A stretch of 24,156 nt of DNA, taken from positions 1 through 24,156 of the forward strand of contig DATCRN010000259.1 in assembly GCA_036568945.1 (NCBI GenBank), in the 5' to 3' direction. The position numbers were made by a program, and so were the translations under genes. The notes beneath the pieces were generated by a model that searched no databases, had not been told where the DNA came from, and saw nothing but the letters and a program-made list of their open reading frames with translations. Shown piece after piece: positions 17,473 to 24,156 of this stretch (positions are counted from its first letter, which is position 1; the number at the start of each line of letters is the position of its first letter). The DNA is from Alphaproteobacteria bacterium (GTDB taxonomy: Bacteria > Pseudomonadota > Alphaproteobacteria > Micavibrionales > UBA1664).

Positions 17473-17495
17473 GATTTTTATAGATCACAGGTAAC

Positions 17496-17984
17496 ATGAC
17501 CAAACAAACCTGGAATGACGAACGCGTAAACCTGCTGAAAAGCATGTGGGGCGCTGGTAAAACGGCGGCCGAGATTGCGCAACAGTTAGGCGGTGGCATT
17601 ACCCGTAATGCGGTGATCGGCAAAGCCCACCGTTTGGGTCTTTCTGGTCGCATTTCGCCGATCAGCACCAAAAAGATCGAAAAATCGCATCACATTCCGG
17701 CTGCTGCTGCAGCTTTGTTGTCCGAACCTGTTGTCGAGAAGTCGGCAACTGCGATTTCCATGCTGGAACTGACCGAAAGCACCTGTCGCTGGCCTTTGGG
17801 CGATCCCAAAAAGGCTGGTTTCCATTTCTGTGGCGCACGCCCAGTTCCCGGCCTGCCCTATTGCGGCCACCATGCGGCAACGGCCTATCAGTCCGTTATT
17901 CGTAAATTCAACATCAAGGATGATGTCGATACGCAAACATCCGAAGATGCCTTGGCGCAATTGGACGACGCAATCAATTCCTAA
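17496..17984 (+). CDS. gcrA: Cell-cycle regulator GcrA
   Basis: W.DERV..LK.MW..G.TAAEIA..LGG.TRNAVIGKAHRLGL and C-terminal CRWPLGDP...FCG...YC..H. Confidence 0.96.
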   Translation: MTKQTWNDERVNLLKSMWGAGKTAAEIAQQLGGGITRNAVIGKAHRLGLSGRISPISTKKIEKSHHIPAAAAALLSEPVVEKSATAISMLELTESTCRWPLGDPKKAGFHFCGARPVPGLPYCGHHAATAYQSVIRKFNIKDDVDTQTSEDALAQLDDAINS

Positions 17985-18007
17985 GAGTTTTAGTAGGGGG
18001 AATGTTT

Positions 18008-18040
18008 AACCGGCTTGATGCAAATCAAGCCGGTTTTTTT
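18008..18040. terminator. Intrinsic terminator after gcrA (convergent with the M23 gene)
   Basis: Perfect 12-bp stem AACCGGCTTGAT/ATCAAGCCGGTT, GCAA tetraloop, T7. Confidence 0.9.
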
Positions 18041-18117
18041 ATCTCATACTCGCTCGTATAAGCCACAGCGCAACCTTAATAGCCAGCAAAGCAACAATAA
18101 CAAAACTATAAAATGGA

Positions 18118-19701
18118 TTACTGAGCTGTCGCTTCAACGATCGGCTTACTGATCGGGGTCGTGTTTAGGCTGGCTTGTTGCAAGTGAGCTGCATTCATCA
18201 GGCTATTAAAGCTGCCTTTAGCATCTGCTGCCACCGCTTGGAAGCGGGCCAATGTTTTACCGCCCAGCTTATCACCGATCGACAGATTGGCAGCTTTGAC
18301 CGGGTTAATCTGTGTTCCGGATTTGAGAACTTCGAAGTGCAAGTGGGGGCCCGTAGCAAGACCTGTTGCGCCAACCTTGCCGATCACTTGGCCCTGCTTA
18401 ACATGTTGGCCATTCTTGACCAAAATTTTGCTCATGTGACCATAGGCGGTTGAATATGTGCCGTTATGCTTGATCGAGACATAATTGCCATAGCCGCTGA
18501 ATTTGCCCGCGCGCGATACAATTCCGTCGCCAGCAGCATAAATCGGCGTACCGGTTGGCGCACCAAAATCAACGCCCTTGTGCATGCGGTTATAACCTAG
18601 CACCGGATGGCGACGCGCGCCAAAACCTGAAGTCATACGCGCGGCATCCACGGGCGTGCGTAAAAGCGCCTTTTTCACCGGGTTGCCTTTCTCATCGTAA
18701 TATTGAACGTTGCCTTTATCGTCAAAACGGATGATGACGCTGGTTTTGCCGCGCATCGTAAGCGCTGCATATTTCAGCGTTTCGCCGCGAACAAAATTGC
18801 CATCGTCTGTGCGATTTACATCATAAAGGATATCGACCGTATCGCCTGCCCAAATATCGCGCGCGAAGTCGACGCTGTAGGAATAGGCCTTGGTGAATTC
18901 ATTGATAATGGATGCAGGCACACCAGCCGCTTGCAAATCAGCAGACAAAGATGTGCGAATTTTAGCGTGTGCGGCGCGCACTTCGTGCTGCAAGGTTTTT
19001 TCGGATTTATCGACTTTGAAACCACCATTCGCCGTCGGCACCAGCATAATACGCGTCAGTTCCGTCGGTGCGAATTCCATACCGGCGAGATTTTCACCCT
19101 GCCCAGGCTGCCAGATGTAATGCATCGTGACTTCATCGCCAGCTTTAAGCGAACGCGGATCGATGTGCTTCTTCAAAGCTTCCAAAGCTTCAGCCTTGTC
19201 TTTAATACCTGGACCCGCAGCCGCAACAAGGTCGGACAATGTGTCACCCGGATGAATTTTGACTGCACGCGTATAAGCGGCAGGACGTGCCGGCGTCGGT
19301 TTCACGGGCGCTGACGGCGCAAACACCATTTCGGCAGTGGGTGCGACAGCTGCCTTTTGATCGACAATAGCCATATCGGCGATCCCGGCCTGCGCAGATG
19401 CCACATCAACCGAGAAGTTCGGCGTGAAAGACATATTAGATCCGGCGATGCCTAAGAATAAAGCAGCCAATACGGCAACATAGCGCAGACGCAAACGGCC
19501 GGTCCGTGTGTAGACATGACGCTCTTTAAGCGGTAAAGCGCGGCAACGCACAGCATGGAAAACGGTGCCTGGAATAAAGACTAACGCATGCCGACCCTCA
19601 ATAATGAGACGCACCAAAATCGTTTTGACAATAGAACCCAGCAAGCTGCCCAAGTGTGTTATCGCTCGTTGTTTTTCGTTTGAAGCCTGAATGTGTATCA
19701 A
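18118..19701 (-). CDS. M23-family (MepM/YebA-like) peptidoglycan endopeptidase, membrane anchored; true start uncertain (TTG 19701 or GTG 19551)
   Basis: The protein reads from the reverse complement (TTG ATA CAC at 19701; stop at 18118-18120), so the track's '+' label is wrong. HKGVD (HxxxD), HLH (HxH), N-terminal TM segment. Confidence 0.92.
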   Translation of the reverse strand: MIHIQASNEKQRAITHLGSLLGSIVKTILVRLIIEGRHALVFIPGTVFHAVRCRALPLKERHVYTRTGRLRLRYVAVLAALFLGIAGSNMSFTPNFSVDVASAQAGIADMAIVDQKAAVAPTAEMVFAPSAPVKPTPARPAAYTRAVKIHPGDTLSDLVAAAGPGIKDKAEALEALKKHIDPRSLKAGDEVTMHYIWQPGQGENLAGMEFAPTELTRIMLVPTANGGFKVDKSEKTLQHEVRAAHAKIRTSLSADLQAAGVPASIINEFTKAYSYSVDFARDIWAGDTVDILYDVNRTDDGNFVRGETLKYAALTMRGKTSVIIRFDDKGNVQYYDEKGNPVKKALLRTPVDAARMTSGFGARRHPVLGYNRMHKGVDFGAPTGTPIYAAGDGIVSRAGKFSGYGNYVSIKHNGTYSTAYGHMSKILVKNGQHVKQGQVIGKVGATGLATGPHLHFEVLKSGTQINPVKAANLSIGDKLGGKTLARFQAVAADAKGSFNSLMNAAHLQQASLNTTPISKPIVEATAQ

Positions 19702-19761
19702 AGGCTAGGGTTAGAAAAAACCCATAAAAAGAATCAACCCACAAAAGGATACGCTTGAGGG

Positions 19762-20910
19762 CTACTCAAGTCCACCAGAAATGGCGGATTTTAACCTTTT
19801 GGAGGCGCTTTTAAGTTGTCCACAGGCGGCCAAAATATCCCGTCCACGAGGCTTGCGAATTGGCGCATCCAAGCCCCTAGAAGTTAATATTTTGGCAAAT
19901 TTATGCATACGGTTGCCTGAAGAGCAGGTGTAATCCGACCCTGGCCAGGCATTAAAGGGGATTAGGTTCACTTTGCAGGGAATATCCTTAAGAATTGTGG
20001 CAAGAGTTTCGGCATCCTCATCCGTGTCATTCACATCTGCCAGCATGACATATTCAAAGGTGATACGGCGCTGCGTCGAGTTGATTGGATAATCGCGGCA
20101 GGCCTGCAGCAATTCCGTCAGCGGATACTTGTTGTTGATGGGCATGATGGATGCGCGTTTCTCGTCCGTCGGCGCATGCAGTGAAATCGCTAAATTCACA
20201 CCCAGTTCATCACCTACTTTTTTGATTAGCGGCACAACGCCTGACGTCGATAATGTGATGCGACGCTTGGAAATACCCAAACCGTTTTCATCCATCGCAA
20301 TGGTCATTGCTTTCGCGACATTCTCGTAATTATACAAAGGCTCGCCCATGCCCATGAGGACGATATTTGTCAGATCGCGACTTTCATTCTCCCCCTTGCC
20401 ACCGACTTGTGGCCATTCGCTGAGCGCATCGCGTGCATGCATAATTTGCTGCAATATTTCATGTGCGCCTAAATTGCGCACCAAAGGCTGTGTGCCGGTG
20501 TGACAAAATTTGCAGGTCAGCGTGCACCCAACTTGAGATGAAATGCATAATGTGCCTCGCTCGGCTTCGGGAATAAAAACGGCTTCGACTTGCTGTCCAT
20601 CCGACATCGCGAGCAGCCATTTGATTGTGCCGTCCTCCGACTTTTGTTCGGTCACCACACGCGGACGTTCAATCGAATAATAATCGGATAGCAACTGCCG
20701 CATTTCTTTAGGCAGATTTGCCATCGCTTCAAATGACGTCACGCCGCGATGATAAATCCAATTCCACACTTGGGCCGCGCGAAATTTCGGCAGCTCATGG
20801 ATCGCCAGTGCCTCTATCATCTCTGGCATCGAAAGTCCGATAAGTGGAATTCGTCCCTGCGCATCGGTGCGCGGAGCTGCAAATTTCTGGCCGTGGGAGG
20901 TCACTGACAT
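19762..20910 (-). CDS. rlmN: 23S rRNA m2A2503/tRNA methyltransferase (radical SAM)
   Basis: SSQVGCTLTCKFC, MGMGEP, STSG, SLHA, NLIPFN, AACGQL. Confidence 0.97.
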   Translation of the reverse strand: MSVTSHGQKFAAPRTDAQGRIPLIGLSMPEMIEALAIHELPKFRAAQVWNWIYHRGVTSFEAMANLPKEMRQLLSDYYSIERPRVVTEQKSEDGTIKWLLAMSDGQQVEAVFIPEAERGTLCISSQVGCTLTCKFCHTGTQPLVRNLGAHEILQQIMHARDALSEWPQVGGKGENESRDLTNIVLMGMGEPLYNYENVAKAMTIAMDENGLGISKRRITLSTSGVVPLIKKVGDELGVNLAISLHAPTDEKRASIMPINNKYPLTELLQACRDYPINSTQRRITFEYVMLADVNDTDEDAETLATILKDIPCKVNLIPFNAWPGSDYTCSSGNRMHKFAKILTSRGLDAPIRKPRGRDILAACGQLKSASKRLKSAISGGLE

Positions 20911-20953
20911 AGCGGGCAGACCATACAGGAAACCACCCTTTCAACGCAAAACA

Positions 20954-20981
20954 AAAAGCTCGCTATTGAACGCGGGCTTTT
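20954..20981. terminator. Hairpin downstream of the 21008-21664 gene, next to the rlmN promoter region
   Basis: AAAAGCTCGC/GCGGGCTTTT inverted repeat. rlmN promoter-like TTGCGT(20949-20944)-N18-TATGGT(20925-20920) lies adjacent. Confidence 0.5.
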
Positions 20982-21007
20982 GGTGGAAATAGAGCTAAAA
21001 TTAATGA

Positions 21008-21664
21008 CTAATAATCTAGATTATAGCCAGCATGCAGACTCAAAGTCGGAGCGAAATTCACTTCAACTGGCGGTAGGCCCAAATCCAAAGGCTCGGCGGA
21101 AGCTTTTTGCGTTTGATTAAATTCAGCCACGGCTGTGGGCGTTTTGACACTTAAAAGCTCACGGCAATAATCGACCGCAGCTGCTTTGATGTTGTCTGGG
21201 TGCAATAAAATCGCACGGCAAGCCGGAATTTCGGTCTCAGGGGTTGCCATTTTCTCAGCCACCTCTTCAGCAGCCTTGTGACTGGCGTTGATGAAATCCG
21301 CAGATATAGTGGTCGCCAAAGCTGCAGTCGGTGCTGCACTGATACTGTTATCCATCCAAGTTGCCGGCGTGGGCTTTGCGATTTCAGGCACGATTTCTTG
21401 ATCGGCGGCTGCAATAAGGGATTCTACTGTAGGGCCATTCACCAGCGTCTTGGGGGTAGTCTCAGACATAACTGCTTGGGTAGTTTCTAGGGCAGGTGCT
21501 GATGTCACTGTGTTGATCGCTTGTCCGCCCGGGATCGCTGCCAAGACGCCGAGGCCGCCCACATACATCCATGTGCGGCTCGACCTTCTTTTATTGCCAA
21601 TGCGTTTCAAGTAATCCTGGCGCACTTTATAGGCGCCGATTGCGGATATCATTCCCTTAAGCAC
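21008..21664 (-). CDS. Hypothetical protein with a basic N-terminus, one hydrophobic segment and an Ala/Pro/Thr-rich body
   Basis: 218-aa ORF with SD GAGGGG before the GTG, its own promoter and a downstream hairpin. No family recognised. Confidence 0.7.
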   Translation of the reverse strand: MLKGMISAIGAYKVRQDYLKRIGNKRRSSRTWMYVGGLGVLAAIPGGQAINTVTSAPALETTQAVMSETTPKTLVNGPTVESLIAAADQEIVPEIAKPTPATWMDNSISAAPTAALATTISADFINASHKAAEEVAEKMATPETEIPACRAILLHPDNIKAAAVDYCRELLSVKTPTAVAEFNQTQKASAEPLDLGLPPVEVNFAPTLSLHAGYNLDY

Positions 21665-21690
21665 AACAACCCCTCAAATTTAATTATGTA

Positions 21691-21719
21691 AAAATATAGA
21701 TTTAGGGGGGCAAATGCAA
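21691..21719 (-). promoter_or_regulatory. Sigma70 promoter for the 21664 gene
   Basis: TTGCAT-N17-TATTTT on the - strand. Confidence 0.55.
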
Positions 21720-21724
21720 GGTTT

Positions 21725-22405
21725 TTATGCAGGTCCGTCAAACCGCCCGGACTGGATAAAATTGCGGCTTAAACGGTGGACCCCGGGCGATATCAGAAAC
21801 CAGGGATGAGGAATGGGCAAAATACGGTGATTTTCGGCTTTAATGCCGTCCCGTTTGGTACGGGCAACGGGCACGACCCCGTCGTGAATACCGGCATTTT
21901 TTAAGAAATACCAACCAAAGGGGTTTATCGACACGGATCCAGCCAGCATTCCCAAATCATAGGTAATGGGCTGGTCCCTGCTCGGGTCCAGGGTGCGGAT
22001 TTGCAGATCCTGTCCTGGCTGGCCGCCCAGATAACGATAGAGCGGACCTGTCAGCATGAAATCGTTTAAGGCGTCTGCGTGCTCACACCCTTGCAAGGGC
22101 GATGACCACATCACCACGCGGCCTAAATTTTTAGGATCGAATTGTCGGATCAGACTATCCGTTACAACGCCGCCCATCGAATGCGCGACGAAATGGAGTT
22201 TGGCGGAACGATCACCACCGAGCGCACGCACTTCCTTCCAAACATAAGCCGCAATATCTTTGATACCACCCGTACTTAATTCGTATTCAATACGGTGCGC
22301 GTTATAGCCGCTCTTGCGGAAAAAATTTTCAGCAAGGCGCATGTCGCCTAATGGGTTTTTGAAAATGCCGTGTAACAGCACGACCGTATCATGTGTATCA
22401 GTCAT
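21725..22405 (-). CDS. Small alpha/beta hydrolase (esterase/lipase-like)
   Basis: VLLHG oxyanion motif, AHSMGG nucleophile elbow, HDGVV Asp, PHPW His. Confidence 0.85.
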   Translation of the reverse strand: MTDTHDTVVLLHGIFKNPLGDMRLAENFFRKSGYNAHRIEYELSTGGIKDIAAYVWKEVRALGGDRSAKLHFVAHSMGGVVTDSLIRQFDPKNLGRVVMWSSPLQGCEHADALNDFMLTGPLYRYLGGQPGQDLQIRTLDPSRDQPITYDLGMLAGSVSINPFGWYFLKNAGIHDGVVPVARTKRDGIKAENHRILPIPHPWFLISPGVHRLSRNFIQSGRFDGPA

Positions 22406-22408
22406 GTG

Positions 22409-22930
22409 TTAGAAGCCGCGGCTGTGCGGGTTTTTCATGTCGTAGAGCAGTGCATTTGTTTTGATCTGTGGAGATTTATTCGATCCCTCGCCCGATCCAC
22501 CACCAAAGACTTCGCGTGTATTCAATTCGCGGCTAATCAGCAAATCGATGTCAGGCAAACGCTCGGCTTTAAGCTCACGTACGCAGGCACGAAAAAAATT
22601 GCAGCCCTTTTCTTCCCAACCATACATTTTGTTGGCGTAGTTTTCTTTTTTGACCCACAGATCGCTTGTCGCCCACATATTCTCAAGGCGCAGTTGCGGT
22701 TTGACTTTGAGCCACACTATCTGCTCAACGGGACCTTTACCGGCTGGCGGCGTATCATACATAAACTGAAGCTCGGCTTCGACTTCGTCGCCATCACCAT
22801 TCATGCGCACTTCGGCAGATGCGGTGATGCCTTCTTCAGCATCGTAATAGAACCATGGGTTCGTTTCGTAAGCGTGTAAAACACGGCCGACGCCCAAACG
22901 ATCCATTAATTCGCGCAAACTGAGCTTCAT
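22409..22930 (-). CDS. Hypothetical protein (173 aa), likely co-transcribed with the hydrolase
   Basis: Fills the gap exactly, ends 3 nt before the hydrolase ATG, protein-like composition. No family recognised. Confidence 0.75.
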   Translation of the reverse strand: MKLSLRELMDRLGVGRVLHAYETNPWFYYDAEEGITASAEVRMNGDGDEVEAELQFMYDTPPAGKGPVEQIVWLKVKPQLRLENMWATSDLWVKKENYANKMYGWEEKGCNFFRACVRELKAERLPDIDLLISRELNTREVFGGGSGEGSNKSPQIKTNALLYDMKNPHSRGF

Positions 22931-22958
22931 TTGTCTAAATTCGCCCTAAATAGTTCTA

Positions 22959-22987
22959 TTGACGGGAATATTCTTGCCCCATAACCT
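22959..22987 (+). promoter_or_regulatory. Near-consensus sigma70 promoter
   Basis: TTGACG-N17-TAACCT. Confidence 0.7.
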
Positions 22988-23028
22988 TACTCGCAACGCC
23001 CTTTTGTTGTCAAAGCCAGCTTTTCCCT

Positions 23029-24129
23029 ATGTTAAACGCCACACGCACCCTCATTCTTGCCCTGATCTGTTTAGTGCCTGCGCCTTTGTGGGCGCAGCAA
23101 AGCGCCAAGCCATTTTCCGTCGCTGCTTATGCCGTGGATGCGCAAACCTTAAGCGGCGGTAGCATGACAATTTCTTTATGGGGTGTTGAGGCCGCCTCGC
23201 CGCGCGGCACGCCGGAAAATTTGCGTGCCCGTGCTGCGCTTGATGATTTTTTGGCTGACCGGGCTGTGCGTTGTGTTCCGCAGGGCGGCAGCCCGCAGTC
23301 AGGTAGCGTGCGCGCGCAGTGTCTCAACTATCAAGAAAAAGACGTGGGCCTAGCCCTAATTACAGCAGGTCTTGTGGCGGTTAATCGCCGAGACATGATG
23401 GGTGCCGATCTATCAGCGCCGTATCTTCAAGCCGAGCGTCAGGCGCGTGCCGAACGCAAAGGTATTTGGGGCAGCATTAACCAAACACAAACCGCACCGG
23501 TTGTTGAATCAAATCCGATGCCATCTGTAATCGATGGTCTCCCAATTTGGGCTGTAGCGGGTGCGCTTTTGATCGTACCGATGCTCGGTTTCCTTATCAT
23601 TGGTTTTATCATCAGCCGCGGTTTTGCCCAATTGGTGCAGCTGCAAAAATTCCAAATTGCGGGGACGCAAAAGCGCGAAAAACAACTCAAAGCCCGCGAA
23701 AAGTATGTCGTCGCAGCTGCGCTTGAATCCGAAATCAACACCAATCGCGCCAAACTTGATGCCTATCTGATTATTTACGAAGAACTGCTTAAATCGCTGC
23801 GTGATCCGTCTAAAACGCCGAAATATAAGCGCGCGGGCGATATTATTCACGATAAGCCGGCACTTACGCGCACTGTATACGATTCAAACCTCGATAAGGT
23901 TGATTTGCTGGGACCACAACTCACATCCGACCTATCGCAGCTTTATTTATCGATAGATCCCAATCCCGATTACCGTACGTTGGAGCCTGAAATGGCTGTC
24001 GAAAAAGTATGGGAGATTGTGGAGCGCATTATCCGCAATGCCGAGCATCTGATCGAACCGATGGATAAAATCTCCGGCGCGCTTAATGTCATCGTTCGCG
24101 ATCGCCGCGGCGTATCGATGATGGAATAA
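23029..24129 (+). CDS. Signal peptide + SNase (thermonuclease)-fold domain + TM helix + cytoplasmic helical domain
   Basis: Signal ends ...PLWA. SNase-like VDAQTL...ISLWGVEA and DVGLALITAGL...YLQAERQARAERKGIWG. TM around LPIWAVAGALLIVPMLGFLIIGFII. Confidence 0.78.
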   Translation: MLNATRTLILALICLVPAPLWAQQSAKPFSVAAYAVDAQTLSGGSMTISLWGVEAASPRGTPENLRARAALDDFLADRAVRCVPQGGSPQSGSVRAQCLNYQEKDVGLALITAGLVAVNRRDMMGADLSAPYLQAERQARAERKGIWGSINQTQTAPVVESNPMPSVIDGLPIWAVAGALLIVPMLGFLIIGFIISRGFAQLVQLQKFQIAGTQKREKQLKAREKYVVAAALESEINTNRAKLDAYLIIYEELLKSLRDPSKTPKYKRAGDIIHDKPALTRTVYDSNLDKVDLLGPQLTSDLSQLYLSIDPNPDYRTLEPEMAVEKVWEIVERIIRNAEHLIEPMDKISGALNVIVRDRRGVSMME

Positions 24130-24156
24130 TTTAAATTAAGAATAAAACAATTAAAC

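Noticed and set aside
18015-18028. Perfect FNR/FixK box TTGAT-GCAA-ATCAA
   Set aside because: It is the top of a terminator stem between two convergent genes, with no promoter to regulate.
18703-19314. 203-aa + strand ORF, and similar long antisense ORFs such as 11925-12491 and 22391-22879
   Set aside because: They lie wholly opposite well-supported genes, have no motifs, and are expected codon-bias shadows.
1-24156. CRISPR arrays, IS/transposase/integrase genes, tRNA/rRNA, defence-system genes
   Set aside because: I saw no periodic direct repeats, terminal inverted repeats, or recombinase, nuclease-ATPase or structural-RNA signatures by eye. An Infernal/Rfam scan of the intergenic regions was not possible.

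Overview
A roughly 50% GC alphaproteobacterial chromosome segment. The assignment rests on gcrA, divergent rne/amiC and the UDG-rpoZ-spoT-DUF2062-acpS-lepB-rnc-era synteny. I found no mobile element, CRISPR array, rRNA or tRNA. Left to right: the 5' part of rne (-, missing from the ORF track because it runs off the edge), amiC, a 63-aa lipoprotein, an ABC ATPase, a HAD phosphatase, two tandem M48/HtpX-like zinc proteases, leuA with a Leu-rich leader peptide, an MCP, a family-5 UDG (-), rpoZ, spoT/rel, DUF2062-acpS-lepB-rnc-era, gcrA, an M23 peptidase (on the - strand; the track labels it + in error), rlmN (-), three poorly characterised - strand genes and a membrane-anchored SNase-fold protein with a degenerate active site. 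Most of the window is housekeeping. The best unexplained signals are: (1) an unannotated - strand unit between spoT and DUF2062 with a CtrA-like box, -10, SD, 45-aa ORF and bidirectional terminator; (2) a leuA attenuator-like leader with no U-tract terminator; (3) a recurring '-10 hexamer, 6 nt, ATG' leaderless layout, including spoT cut off from rpoZ by a terminator; (4) a duplicated M48 protease pair that kept its promoter; (5) a probable pseudonuclease transmembrane protein. All motif calls were read by eye. No searches or folding programs were run.
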